From contig JAKVCX010000007.1 of the NCBI GenBank assembly GCA_022448525.1, positions 11,035-75,034 on the forward strand: a stretch of DNA of 64,000 bases. The letters run 5' to 3'. The DNA comes from Tenacibaculum sp. (lineage in GTDB: Bacteria > Bacteroidota > Bacteroidia > Flavobacteriales > Flavobacteriaceae). Positions 47,869-58,298 of the stretch are shown here, in pieces (the first letter of the stretch is position 1; every line of letters begins with the position of its first letter). A program made the translations under genes and the position numbers. A model generated the notes under the pieces. The model did not search any database and was not told the DNA's origin. It saw only the letters and a list, made by a program, of their open reading frames with translations.

Positions 47869-48790
47869 GATTCCACTTTTTTTGATAATTAATTAAGTTC
47901 AAAATGGTAAATGTTACACCTACAATGATGAACACGCTAATAAATAAAAACATTAATTCATTATTGGAAATATTAATAAAAACAGCCGACGCAATTATAA
48001 TTAAGCTAAAAGGAATAACTGAAAGATAAAATCCGTTTTTTGTTTGCAGTCCATGTTTGAGTCCAAACACATAAGATATTCCAGTTATGATAATTAGGAA
48101 TAAGAAGGCGAATTCAAACTTTTCAAAAATTCCAATGGAAATTCCCAACGTGGCATAAGTTACAGATGCCAAAATCATAGTATTTAAAAACCAATTTGGT
48201 GCTTTGTTTTTACTAAACACAACGAACAAAACAGGAATCATATTTACTATAAAGTGCAAGGTGTACACAAAAGTAATCGACCAATTTTTGGCAACTTGTT
48301 CTGTATATAAATAAAGCGTTGTATTAATTAGTAGGAAGTAGATTAACCATAAGGGAGCAAAATCAGAAACTATTGCCCATAATGTCACAAAAACGGTCCA
48401 TCCGAGGAAAAAGTCATAAGCATTCGCTCCAGTTTGGTAGATTTGTCCAAAAACAGCAAATAAAACACCTACGAGAACAGAAGCTCCGGTAAGAATAATA
48501 TTTTTAATCTTTTCATCGAGCTTTAAGAAAAACAACGTTGAGGTAGTAATGATTAAAATACCTTGTGTTAAACCAATCTTTACAAACTTGTGCATGTCTG
48601 CCCAGTTGTAAGCAAAGAAGAAAATGATTCCAGCAACGGTAAAACCTACACCTAAACTGATAATGAATAGATTGAAAAATTTTTTCCAATCGGTTTGGTT
48701 ACTGTATACGTGACTGTTTAACGCTTTTTGAATAGTTTGTTCAGATGCGTTTGAGTGCCTGCTTATAATATGAATATCATCTCTTTTCAT
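47858..48790 (-). CDS. DUF2157-like membrane protein
   Basis: GIIFFFAYNW, FGQIYQTGA. Confidence 0.85.
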   Translation of the reverse strand: MKRDDIHIISRHSNASEQTIQKALNSHVYSNQTDWKKFFNLFIISLGVGFTVAGIIFFFAYNWADMHKFVKIGLTQGILIITTSTLFFLKLDEKIKNIILTGASVLVGVLFAVFGQIYQTGANAYDFFLGWTVFVTLWAIVSDFAPLWLIYFLLINTTLYLYTEQVAKNWSITFVYTLHFIVNMIPVLFVVFSKNKAPNWFLNTMILASVTYATLGISIGIFEKFEFAFLFLIIITGISYVFGLKHGLQTKNGFYLSVIPFSLIIIASAVFINISNNELMFLFISVFIIVGVTFTILNLINYQKKWNHEE

Positions 48791-48817
48791 AAACTAATTA
48801 ACGTTTTTAAATAATCG

Positions 48818-49396
48818 TTATTTGAGAACTTGTACTAAATACACAATTCCAAAAAGCCATCCTACATACATTGTTGTATAGGATAAAGCATAAAAAATAG
48901 CTCTTTGAATTGAACCTTTTGTTTCATTTGATTTGTTGAAAACCAATTTTAATGCTCTAAAAAACAACCAATAAAGCATTCCTAAAATTATAAATAAGGA
49001 AAACCAAAAAACCACTTCTAAAAGAGCTAGTAACAGTACGAAAACAATAGACATTACTATCCAAAGTACAATTGATACAATAATTCCTCCAATACCATCA
49101 CCAACTTCCACAAAAGGAGAATCTAAGGAAGGCGAAGATTCGGAGAGTATTGCTTTTGGTTTGAAGCTTTTTATTTTAGGGAAATTATCAATTAAATCTA
49201 TTCCCGTATATAATCCGTAGGTGACAAACGAAAACAGCGCAGTTGCAATAATTCCTAATGATATATAGAAGTTGTTAGTAATGCTTCTGTTGTAATTTAT
49301 TCCCGTAAAATAAACGGTAAGAATAGTTACTACAATAACAATCAAGGAAACAATAAAAACAGATTTCCCTTTGAAATATGGTTGTTTTATTTTCAA
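48818..49396 (-). CDS. Hypothetical membrane protein
   Basis: About 4 TM helices. Confidence 0.75.
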   Translation of the reverse strand: MKIKQPYFKGKSVFIVSLIVIVVTILTVYFTGINYNRSITNNFYISLGIIATALFSFVTYGLYTGIDLIDNFPKIKSFKPKAILSESSPSLDSPFVEVGDGIGGIIVSIVLWIVMSIVFVLLLALLEVVFWFSLFIILGMLYWLFFRALKLVFNKSNETKGSIQRAIFYALSYTTMYVGWLFGIVYLVQVLK

Positions 49397-49441
49397 GTCA
49401 AGGCAATTTTTGGTTCTTTGAGAATGTATAAAGGATAGAAC

Positions 49442-49807
49442 TTATGGTGTTCTCATAATCTTTTCAATTTTCTTTCCTTTTGCCAACTCATCAATTATTT
49501 TATCCAAATAACGTGCTTTTTGAGTGAGTTCATTGGTGATTTCTTCCACACGATAACCACAAATAACACCTTTGATTAAACTTGCATTAGGATTTAAATT
49601 TGCTTCTTCAAAAAATGTTCTGAATGTAACTTGGTCATCAATTAGTTCTTGGATTTTGGTGTCATTAAAACCTGTTAACCATTCAATAATTTGATGCAGT
49701 TCTTCCTTGGTTTTACCTTTCTTTTCAACTTTATTTACGTAGTGTGGGTATACAGAAGAAAACTTCATATTAGCAATTCGTTCGTCGTGGTGACTAGTAT
49801 CTGCCAT
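49442..49807 (-). CDS. DUF2200 family protein
   Basis: FSSVYPHYVNKVEKKG, IKGVICGYRVEE, YLDKIIDELAKGK. Confidence 0.9.
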   Translation of the reverse strand: MADTSHHDERIANMKFSSVYPHYVNKVEKKGKTKEELHQIIEWLTGFNDTKIQELIDDQVTFRTFFEEANLNPNASLIKGVICGYRVEEITNELTQKARYLDKIIDELAKGKKIEKIMRTP

Positions 49808-49850
49808 AGTTTTACATTTGTTGATTTAGGTTAAAGTTATAAAAAGTAAA

Positions 49851-52800
49851 TTAAAACTCTGTTTCATAATAAGTTGTTGCATCCGCTAATAACTGATTTA
49901 GTAAATTCTTTTCTTCGGCGATTCGGTGCTCATTCCAATCTAAACTTTTGATAAAATCATTAACAATAACATCTAAATGTTTCGTGATACTGTTAATATT
50001 GAAATATAAACGACCCGTTCTACGCACAAAGAAATCAGCCAAACTATTAGTCATTTCAAAATTGATACAATACCATAATTCTGCACGAATTAATCGTTGT
50101 TCAATAGTTCCTGAAGCAAAATAAGAAGTTCGTTCTAAAATTGTATTAGCTCTTTTTCCATAAGTGGTGCACAAATGCCAAGCATAATAGGAATCTTCCA
50201 TTCCTAAATCACGTAATTGTTGTTCCAATTCTTTTTGATAAGCTTCCACTTCATCAACTGAATGCATACTTGGGTTTACCAATAGAATATTTTCAGTTTT
50301 TGATTTTTTATAAGAATTTCTGCGTTTTTCATCCATGGTTTTTAACACGGCATCTATAACACGATGTGCCATTTTGCGGTAACCAGTTAGTTTCCCTCCA
50401 GCAATTGAAATTAATCCACTTTTAGAAATGAAAATCTCGTCTTTTCTTGAGAGTTCCGAAGGATCTTTTTCCTCTTCATGAATTAAAGGTCGTAATCCCG
50501 CCCAATTCGATTCAATATCGTTAACTGTTAAGTCAACATCAGGAAATGTATTATTCACAGCTTTCAGAAGATATTCAGCATCCTCTTTAGTAGCAACTAC
50601 ACGATCTAAGCTTCCATAATAATTGGTGTCTGTAGTTCCAACATAGGTACATCTTCCTCGCGGAATGGCAAAAACCATTCTTCCATCTGGAACATCAAAA
50701 TAAACAGATTGCTTAATTGGCAGTTTTTCATGTGGAAAAACAATATGAACACCTTTGGTTAGGTGTAAATGTTTGTTGTTTTTAGAAGTATCTTTTTCAC
50801 GTAATAAATCCACCCACGGACCTGCAGCAGAAACATAATTTCTCGCTTTTACACTGAACTTTTTCCCAGTGTTGATGTCAATACATTCAACATGCTCAAT
50901 TTTTCCTTCTTTATTATAAACGAATGAATCCATTTCGCAGTAATTAACAACTGTCGCCCCAAATTCGGAAGCTTTCTTTAATATTTCAATTGTTAAACGA
51001 GCATCATCTGTTCTATATTCAGCATAGTATCCACTACCCAATGTGATTTTGTCATCTAGCATTGGTTCTTTTTCCATGGTTTCTTTTTTATCTAGCATTC
51101 TACGAGCATCATCTCCACCAACATTTGCCAATAAATCATAAACCTTTAAACCAATGGCAGTCATCATTTTTCCATATGTTCCGCCTTCAATCAAAGGCAA
51201 TAACATTTTTTCAGGAATAACTAAATGTGGAGCAAGTTTATGCACAATTGCGCGTTCTGAACCAGATTCTCTTACCAAACCTATTTCTAGTTGTTTGAGA
51301 TATCGAAGTCCGCCATGAATGAGTTTTGTAGATTTATTACTTGTTCCCGAGGCAAAGTCGTTTTTTTCAACCAAACATACTTTCATACCTCTAGAAGAAG
51401 CATCTAATGCAATTCCAGCTCCTGTAATTCCTCCTCCGATAACCAATAAATCAAAAGTCTCTGACTTTAACTTTTTCAAATGTTTATCGCGATCCAAAAC
51501 TGAGAAACGAATTGGATCGGGTTTGGCTTTTTTATTTTTTGAAGTTTGCGTTCGTTCGATAGCTTTTAGCCATCCCTTATATTTCTTTTTACGAACTTTA
51601 GGTTTCATTTTTGTAGTAAAAATGGTATCAACTTCTCGAATAGTTTCGATATCCTTTTTTGTCCAAATTCCCGCTTTCATTCCAGCTAATAAAGCTGCTC
51701 CAAAAGCAGTAACTTCAATCATTTTTGGTCGATCAACAGATACATTTAAAATATCAGATTGAAACTGCATTAAGTAGTTATTAGCGCTTGCACCACCATC
51801 AACTTTCAGTGAAATCATTTCTTTCCCACTATCTTTCATCATAGCGTTAATTACATCTTTGGTTTGATACGCTAATGCCTCAACTGTGGCTTTGATGATT
51901 TCTTCTTTACCAGTATCTAAGGTCATTCCATATATACTTCCTTTGGCATCTGCATCCCAATAAGGTGCTCCTAATCCAGAAAAAGCAGGAACAACATAAA
52001 TGTTTTTTAAAGGAGGAATACTATTACAAATAGCTTCTGTATCGGCAGCATTATCAATAAGATTCATGCGATCTCGTAACCATTGGATGGAAGCTCCTCC
52101 TACGAAAATACTTCCTTCTAATGCATATTGAACAGCCTCAGATTCTAAACTACAAGTTAATGTTGTGAGTAACCCACTTTGTGAAAGCACTTGGTTTGTT
52201 CCTGTATTCAAGAGCATAAAACATCCTGTTCCATAAGTGTTTTTAGCAATTCCTGCTTTAAAACCACCCTGACCAAATAAAGAAGCTTGTTGGTCTCCTG
52301 CAACACCGTAAATCGGAATGACAGTTCCGTTGAAATCAATATCTCCAAAATGTGACGATGAGGTTTGAACTTCTGGTAATAATGAAGTTGGAATGTCTAG
52401 AGCTTTTAGTAAGGTATCATCCCAACTTAGATTTTTAATATCATAAATCATCGTGCGAGACGCATTGGTATGGTCGGTAACATGTTTTTGATGATTTGTA
52501 AATTTGTAAATCAACCAACTATCAACAGTTCCAAAACAAAGTTTACCGGCGTCTGCTTTTTCTTTAGCTCCATCAACATTTTCAAGAATCCACTTTAATT
52601 TTGTTGCAGAAAAATAAGAGTCGATAACTAAACCTGTGTGTTCTTTTACATAATTCGATAAACCACGATTTTTTAAATCGTCACAAATATCTTTAGTTCT
52701 TTTATCTAACCAAACAATAGCATTGTAAATAGGTTCTCCAGTTTCTTTATCCCAAACTACGGTTGTTTCACGTTGATTGGTAATTCCAATAGCTGCGATT

Positions 52801-53018
52801 TCCTCAGGTTTTATGCCTGATTTTTTTACTGCTTCATGAAACGTTTCTTTTTGATCATTAAAAATTTCATTCGGATTATGTTCAACCCATCCTGATTTCG
52901 GATAATATTGCGTTAATTCCTTTTGAGCAATCGCTTTTATTTGTCCTTTTTCATCAAATATTATAGTTCGAGTACTGGTTGTACCTTGATCGAAAGCGAT
53001 TAGATATTTTGGCTTCAT
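49851..53018 (-). CDS. glpK-glpD: Fused glycerol kinase / FAD-dependent glycerol-3-phosphate dehydrogenase
   Basis: N-half DQGTTSTR, ITNQRETT, GDQQA, YALEGS; C-half DLLVIGGGITG, SGTSNKSTKLIHGGLRYL; single 1055-aa frame. Confidence 0.93.
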   Translation of the reverse strand: MKPKYLIAFDQGTTSTRTIIFDEKGQIKAIAQKELTQYYPKSGWVEHNPNEIFNDQKETFHEAVKKSGIKPEEIAAIGITNQRETTVVWDKETGEPIYNAIVWLDKRTKDICDDLKNRGLSNYVKEHTGLVIDSYFSATKLKWILENVDGAKEKADAGKLCFGTVDSWLIYKFTNHQKHVTDHTNASRTMIYDIKNLSWDDTLLKALDIPTSLLPEVQTSSSHFGDIDFNGTVIPIYGVAGDQQASLFGQGGFKAGIAKNTYGTGCFMLLNTGTNQVLSQSGLLTTLTCSLESEAVQYALEGSIFVGGASIQWLRDRMNLIDNAADTEAICNSIPPLKNIYVVPAFSGLGAPYWDADAKGSIYGMTLDTGKEEIIKATVEALAYQTKDVINAMMKDSGKEMISLKVDGGASANNYLMQFQSDILNVSVDRPKMIEVTAFGAALLAGMKAGIWTKKDIETIREVDTIFTTKMKPKVRKKKYKGWLKAIERTQTSKNKKAKPDPIRFSVLDRDKHLKKLKSETFDLLVIGGGITGAGIALDASSRGMKVCLVEKNDFASGTSNKSTKLIHGGLRYLKQLEIGLVRESGSERAIVHKLAPHLVIPEKMLLPLIEGGTYGKMMTAIGLKVYDLLANVGGDDARRMLDKKETMEKEPMLDDKITLGSGYYAEYRTDDARLTIEILKKASEFGATVVNYCEMDSFVYNKEGKIEHVECIDINTGKKFSVKARNYVSAAGPWVDLLREKDTSKNNKHLHLTKGVHIVFPHEKLPIKQSVYFDVPDGRMVFAIPRGRCTYVGTTDTNYYGSLDRVVATKEDAEYLLKAVNNTFPDVDLTVNDIESNWAGLRPLIHEEEKDPSELSRKDEIFISKSGLISIAGGKLTGYRKMAHRVIDAVLKTMDEKRRNSYKKSKTENILLVNPSMHSVDEVEAYQKELEQQLRDLGMEDSYYAWHLCTTYGKRANTILERTSYFASGTIEQRLIRAELWYCINFEMTNSLADFFVRRTGRLYFNINSITKHLDVIVNDFIKSLDWNEHRIAEEKNLLNQLLADATTYYETEF

Positions 53019-53053
53019 TATTAATAGTTAGGGTTTTACCTATACCACATAAG

Positions 53054-53800
53054 TTAGTCTATTTCACTATTTTCGAGTTGTAGACTTACCTGAAGTATAT
53101 TTTTCTTTTCTAAAATAGGCAAATTATTGAATTTAAGAAGCAATTGCGCTACGGCAATCGTATCGTTTTCGCAATAACGAATAATTCTAGTAATGTCTTT
53201 ATCTTTAAAATATACATTGGCAACCTCACTACCATCAATATCTTGTTTCGGAGAAGGAATTCCTAAAATATGCGTAAGTAAACTTAATGAAGTATAATGT
53301 TTAAAGTCACCAAATTTCCAAAGTTCCATAGTGTCTAAATGCGGAACTTCCCACGGTTTTTTTCCAAATAAATTGAGTTTTTTCGGTAATGTAATTCCAT
53401 TAATGACCATTCTTCTAGCGATGTAAGGAAAGTCGAACTCTTTACCATTATGGGCGCACAATAGGTGTTTTTTGTGATTAAAATGAGTATCCAATAAATC
53501 TTTAAAATCTAATAGAATTTCATTTTCATTACTTCCTGCAAAAGAGGTAACTCGTAGTTGAAGATTGTTTTCTTTTTCAACAAAGTATCCCACAGAAATA
53601 CAGATGATTTTCCCGAATTCTGCCCAAATTCCGGCACGTTCGTAAAATTCTTTTGGTGTGAATTCATCTTTTCGTTGATACTGAGTTTTCAGTCCAAAAA
53701 AATGTTGTGTTTCCTCGGGAACATCATTCCAATGTTCGTACTGAGGAACCGTTTCAATATCTAAAAACAAGATATTGTTCAGTTCAAAATGTGTTGACAT
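53054..53800 (-). CDS. PolB-like 3'-5' exonuclease family protein
   Basis: LFLDIETVP, AHNGKEFDFPY, YCENDT. Confidence 0.9.
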   Translation of the reverse strand: MSTHFELNNILFLDIETVPQYEHWNDVPEETQHFFGLKTQYQRKDEFTPKEFYERAGIWAEFGKIICISVGYFVEKENNLQLRVTSFAGSNENEILLDFKDLLDTHFNHKKHLLCAHNGKEFDFPYIARRMVINGITLPKKLNLFGKKPWEVPHLDTMELWKFGDFKHYTSLSLLTHILGIPSPKQDIDGSEVANVYFKDKDITRIIRYCENDTIAVAQLLLKFNNLPILEKKNILQVSLQLENSEID

Positions 53801-53897
53801 GAATATATAGCAATTTGATTTTCAGTGTGCAATTTTGGTAAAAGTATGAAATTATTTTAAAACAGGAATTACTATAAATCGGTCAAACTAAATCAAA

Positions 53898-53921
53898 AAA
53901 ATCCCGTTTTAACGGGATTTT
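53898..53921 (-). terminator. Intrinsic terminator
   Basis: AAAATCCCGTT-TT-AACGGGATTTT. Confidence 0.85.
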
Positions 53922-53927
53922 CATGAG

Positions 53928-55223
53928 TTATGATTTGTTCATAATGTCTTCAATTTCTTCAGCTTCAATAGGAATATTTCGCATTAAGTTGAATGGTTCA
54001 GCGTTATCTTGAATTACAACATCGTCTTCTAAACGAATTCCAAAACCTTCATCTGGTAAGTAAATTCCTGGCTCAACAGTAAATACCATGTTTGCTTGCA
54101 TTGGTTCATGTAATAACCCATAATCATGCGTATCTAATCCCATATGGTGAGAAGTTCCGTGCATGAAGTACTTTTTATATGCAGGCCAATCTGGATTTTC
54201 ATTTTGAACATCGGCTTTGTCTAATAATCCTAAACCAAGTAATTCAGAAGTCATTAATTTTCCAACTTCTTTATGATATTCTGTCCAATCTGCACCAGGA
54301 ACTAACATTTTTGTCGCGTCATTTTTAACACGATTTACCGCGTTATATACATCTCTTTGACGATCTGTAAAACGTCCAGAAACAGGAATTGTTCTACTCA
54401 TATCACTCGAGTAATTTGCGTATTCAGCACCTACATCTAGTAAAATTAATTCACCAGCTTTACATTGTTGGTTATTTTCAATGTAATGTAAAACGTTGGC
54501 ATTACTTCCGCTTGCGATAATTGGAGTATAGGCAAATCCTTTAGAACGATTTCTTAAGAATTCATGAGAAAACTCAGCTTCAATTTCATATTCCCAAACA
54601 TCAGGTTGTACAAAGTTTAAAATTCTTCTGAAACCTTTTTCAGTAATATCACAAGCTTTTTGAATTAAATCTAATTCAATTTGATCTTTTATAGAACGTA
54701 AACGTTGTAAAATAGGATTACTCTTAGCAACAGAATGTGCAGGGTATTTATTTAGTAACCATTTTGTGAAACGAGCTTCTCTAGTTTCCGTTTCAATATT
54801 TGCACGATAATGCTCATTTGTATTGATATAAACAGTATCAGCATACGCCATCATTTCTGCCAATACTTTTTCTAAATCTTGTAACCAGAAAACAGTTTTT
54901 ACTCCACTAGTTTCAAAAGCTTTTTCTTTAGTTAGCTTTTCACCTTCCCAAACCGCAATATGCTCATTCGTTTCTCTTAAGAATAAGACTTCTCTTAAGC
55001 TTTCTTTAGGACAGTCTGGAAAAACCACTAGAATACTTTCTTCCTGATCTACACCACTTAAAAAGAAAATATCTCTGTGTTGCTCAAAAGGAAGTGTAGA
55101 ATCTGCACTTACAGGATAAATATCATTAGAATTAAATACAGCTAAACTATTTGGCTTCATTTGAGCCATGAAGTTCTTTCTGTTTTTTATAAATAGTTCT
55201 TTGTTTATTGGTAAATATTTCAT
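53928..55223 (-). CDS. pepP: Xaa-Pro aminopeptidase (M24B)
   Basis: LLDVGAEY..Y.SDMSRT, HGTSHHMGLDTHD, TVEPGIY, GIRLEDD; ATG at 55223. Confidence 0.9.
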   Translation of the reverse strand: MKYLPINKELFIKNRKNFMAQMKPNSLAVFNSNDIYPVSADSTLPFEQHRDIFFLSGVDQEESILVVFPDCPKESLREVLFLRETNEHIAVWEGEKLTKEKAFETSGVKTVFWLQDLEKVLAEMMAYADTVYINTNEHYRANIETETREARFTKWLLNKYPAHSVAKSNPILQRLRSIKDQIELDLIQKACDITEKGFRRILNFVQPDVWEYEIEAEFSHEFLRNRSKGFAYTPIIASGSNANVLHYIENNQQCKAGELILLDVGAEYANYSSDMSRTIPVSGRFTDRQRDVYNAVNRVKNDATKMLVPGADWTEYHKEVGKLMTSELLGLGLLDKADVQNENPDWPAYKKYFMHGTSHHMGLDTHDYGLLHEPMQANMVFTVEPGIYLPDEGFGIRLEDDVVIQDNAEPFNLMRNIPIEAEEIEDIMNKS

Positions 55224-55298
55224 TTGATTTTGGCGTTTACATGTTTGTGTTTTCCAAAAATAATTAAAGAAATAGTTACAAGAAGTAGCCAAATGGCT

Positions 55299-55868
55299 TT
55301 ATTTTACGTTTTTGCGGATTCTACTCATGTGTCTTGTTGAAATTCCTAAAAAAGAAGCCAAATAATGAAGAGGAATCCTTTGTAGAAGTTGAGGATCGTT
55401 TTTAAGTAATTTTTGATAACGTTCTTCCGGTGAAAGTGTGAGCAAGTCTATTCTATAATCATCGATTCTAAAAATTTGATTTTCAATAAGTTTATGGTAA
55501 AACATAAAAAACGCTGTATTATTTTCAAGAAGGTATTTGAATTTATCTACAGAAATTACCCACAAAGAACAATCCGTTAATGCTTTGACGTTTTTTCTTG
55601 AAACAGTTTGATTTAAGAAGCTTTTTAAAGCAACAGTACAAGAATTTTTTAAAGCTAAATAGGTCGTTTTTTCTTCAAGTCCAACCTGAATAGAATGTTG
55701 TAAAACTCCATTTTCAATGTAACAAAAGTATTCACAGATAGTTCCTGATGCTACGAATAACTCATTTTTTCGAATTGATTTTTTTTCAAAAGAGTTCAAT
55801 ACTTCAGGTAAAGCTCTATACAAGTTTGAGTCATTTATGATATGTTTTAGATATTCCTCTAAATTCAT
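55299..55868 (-). CDS. Crp/Fnr-family cyclic-nucleotide-binding regulator
   Basis: cNMP domain; PEERY..L and LASFLGIS.RHMSRIR. Confidence 0.88.
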   Translation of the reverse strand: MNLEEYLKHIINDSNLYRALPEVLNSFEKKSIRKNELFVASGTICEYFCYIENGVLQHSIQVGLEEKTTYLALKNSCTVALKSFLNQTVSRKNVKALTDCSLWVISVDKFKYLLENNTAFFMFYHKLIENQIFRIDDYRIDLLTLSPEERYQKLLKNDPQLLQRIPLHYLASFLGISTRHMSRIRKNVK

Positions 55869-55925
55869 ATTACAAATTAAGGCATATTAGTTTACTTTGA
55901 ATTCCTAATTATTATCTAAAAAAGG

Positions 55926-57251
55926 TTATCCGTTATCTTTTCTAGGTCCTTTTTTAAACCTTCTCTTATTATTGTTTCTTCTATTTTTAGATGATTTAGA
56001 GTTGTTTTCTTTAGTCTCGTTAGATTTCTTTTTACGACCAAAGTTTCTTTTAGGTTTATTGCTTTGAGATGTTTTAGTTTTTTTGGGTGAAGATTGTTTT
56101 GGTTGAGATTGTTCTGTCGGAGTAAGATCGAAACCTTCTAATTCAACAATTTTTAATTTTTGCTGTAATAACTTCTCAATATTTTTTACATATTCTAATT
56201 CTTCTCTGCTTACTAAAGAAATTGCTTCTCCACTTGCACCAGCTCTACCTGTTCTTCCAATTCTATGTACATAGTCTTCTGGAATATTGGGTAATTCATA
56301 ATTAATTACGTGTGGTAATAGCGGAATATCTAAACCTCGTGCGGCAATATCAGTAGCAACTAAAACACGGATGCTGTTTTCTTTAAATCCTTTTAGCGCT
56401 TTTGTTCGTGCACTTTGACTTTTATTTCCATGTATAGCTGCGGAAGAAATATCTTTCTTTTGAAGTTTCTCAGCCAATCTATTTGCACCGTGTTTGGTTC
56501 TGGTGAAAATCAGTACTTGATCCCAGTTTCCTTCTGAAATCAATTCAATAATCATTGCTGCCTTTCTACTTTTTGGAACACGATAAATCTTTTGTGTTAC
56601 CATTTCTGCAGTTGTGTTTTCAGGTGCAGCTTCAACTAACGAAGGATTGGTTAAAATTCCTTGAGCTAGTTTTTTGATTTCTTTTGAAAAAGTAGCCGAG
56701 AAAAGTAAGTTTTGCCTTTGATTGGGTAGCAAAGCAATGATCTTTTTAATATCTCTTACAAATCCCATATCTAGCATTCTATCCGCTTCATCAAGAATGA
56801 GAATATCAACTCGTTTCAAAGACAATGCTTTTTGGTCATGCAAATCTAAAAGTCTTCCAGGCGTAGCCACTAAAACATCAACTCCATTTCTAATGGCAGC
56901 AATTTGCTTTTGTGGTTTTACACCTCCGAATATTACGGTAGATTTTATATTGATGTGTTTACTGTAATCTCTTACGTTGTCATAAACTTGAGCGGCTAGT
57001 TCTCTTGTAGGAGTTAAAATAAGTGCTCGAATTGGACGAAACTTTGGGTTCTTTGTATCTGTAATTATTTGTAATATCGGTAATGTAAATCCTGCTGTTT
57101 TACCAGTTCCGGTTTGCGCCGAGGCAAGAACATCATTTCCTTCTAAAATTACTGGTATTGCTTTTTCTTGTATTGGGGATGGAGTTGTATATCCTTTTTC
57201 TTCAATTGCTTTTAAAAGCTCTTTTTTTAATCCTAACGATTCGAATGTCAT
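55926..57251 (-). CDS. rhlE: DEAD-box RNA helicase (RhlE-like)
   Basis: [32 protein letters not shown]; basic tail. Confidence 0.9.
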   Translation of the reverse strand: MTFESLGLKKELLKAIEEKGYTTPSPIQEKAIPVILEGNDVLASAQTGTGKTAGFTLPILQIITDTKNPKFRPIRALILTPTRELAAQVYDNVRDYSKHINIKSTVIFGGVKPQKQIAAIRNGVDVLVATPGRLLDLHDQKALSLKRVDILILDEADRMLDMGFVRDIKKIIALLPNQRQNLLFSATFSKEIKKLAQGILTNPSLVEAAPENTTAEMVTQKIYRVPKSRKAAMIIELISEGNWDQVLIFTRTKHGANRLAEKLQKKDISSAAIHGNKSQSARTKALKGFKENSIRVLVATDIAARGLDIPLLPHVINYELPNIPEDYVHRIGRTGRAGASGEAISLVSREELEYVKNIEKLLQQKLKIVELEGFDLTPTEQSQPKQSSPKKTKTSQSNKPKRNFGRKKKSNETKENNSKSSKNRRNNNKRRFKKGPRKDNG

Positions 57252-57330
57252 AAATATGTGTATAGAAATAAATTAAGTTTTATTTCTTTATCGATGACAA
57301 AGGTACTGTTATAGATCTTGTAAAATGGAA

Positions 57331-57360
57331 AAAGCGTCAAAAAACTAATTCAGACGCTTT
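57331..57360. terminator. Possible intrinsic terminator
   Basis: AAAGCGTC...GACGCTTT inverted repeat with a long loop. Confidence 0.5.
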
Positions 57361-57382
57361 CAAATATTCTTTTTGATGAATG

Positions 57383-57634
57383 TTATTTCTTCATCGCTCC
57401 TTTTATAACACCAATAATTGCCATTAACACACCACCACCAACAGTTCCTCCGGCAATACTTCCAACGATTCCACTTAAATCTAATCCTAACATTCCTAGT
57501 AAATGACCACCAAGTCCGCCTCCTAGAATTCCAACAACGGAATTCCACAATGTACCCATTGAGAATTTTTTTAATACAGCGCCAGCTAAGTTTCCACCCA
57601 AAGCTCCTGTAAGTAAACTAATGATTAATTCCAT
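57383..57634 (-). CDS. Small Gly-rich membrane protein
   Basis: 83 aa with GxxxG-rich helices. Confidence 0.8.
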   Translation of the reverse strand: MELIISLLTGALGGNLAGAVLKKFSMGTLWNSVVGILGGGLGGHLLGMLGLDLSGIVGSIAGGTVGGGVLMAIIGVIKGAMKK

Positions 57635-57754
57635 AATTAATTGATTTAAAATTTGTTATTGCGTTATGAAGATAACAAAAACTAATTCAAAATCATAAGG
57701 TTAATAACCAATATGAATCAAAGCATCTTATATGTTTAAATCTAGAAATTTGTT

Positions 57755-58282
57755 TCAGTTTGCTAAAAATAGATAGAGATTATGAGAAATTGAATATGTA
57801 ATTATCGTAAAGATCAATAGAATAAATTCGTTCTTTTTTAAGTCTATTCTTTTTGCAATTATGATTCCCATACATGCAACTAAGGAAAAAAGAAGGAGAT
57901 AAATTGTTAGATTAATTTCTTCATAATGAATGTAGCAAATAAGTGATTTATTAAAGCTGTAAAATGAATATCTGATTAAAGAATAGAATTCAAACCAAAA
58001 AGAAACTGAAAGTGAGAATATTAATAAAAGCCGTGTATAATATTTTAATGACGATTTGACCTTGATAAAAACAAGATAAGTACCGATAATGAGTACTATA
58101 TTTAGTAAAAGCAGAAGGTATAACTTTTCCGATGTTTGATTAAGTTCAAGTTTTATAGGAAATAGTTTTGTGAAATAAGGAAATGATAAATGCCAAAATA
58201 GTATGAAGATTCTGTATGACAAAACAAAAAAAATGATGTCAACAATTACGTTTTTGTACTTATTAAATTTTCGCCGTGACAT
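57755..58282 (-). CDS. Hypothetical membrane protein
   Basis: Very AT-rich, about 5 TM helices, no recognised motif. Confidence 0.5.
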   Translation of the reverse strand: MSRRKFNKYKNVIVDIIFFVLSYRIFILFWHLSFPYFTKLFPIKLELNQTSEKLYLLLLLNIVLIIGTYLVFIKVKSSLKYYTRLLLIFSLSVSFWFEFYSLIRYSFYSFNKSLICYIHYEEINLTIYLLLFSLVACMGIIIAKRIDLKKNEFILLIFTIITYSISHNLYLFLAN

Positions 58283-58298
58283 TTATTAGTTAATGTAA

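Noticed and set aside
11057-51762. Longer antisense ORFs such as 11057..11470, 45638..45979 and 51319..51762, plus the many 60-85 aa shadow ORFs
   Set aside because: They lie fully opposite or within well-supported genes and show no motifs or start context.
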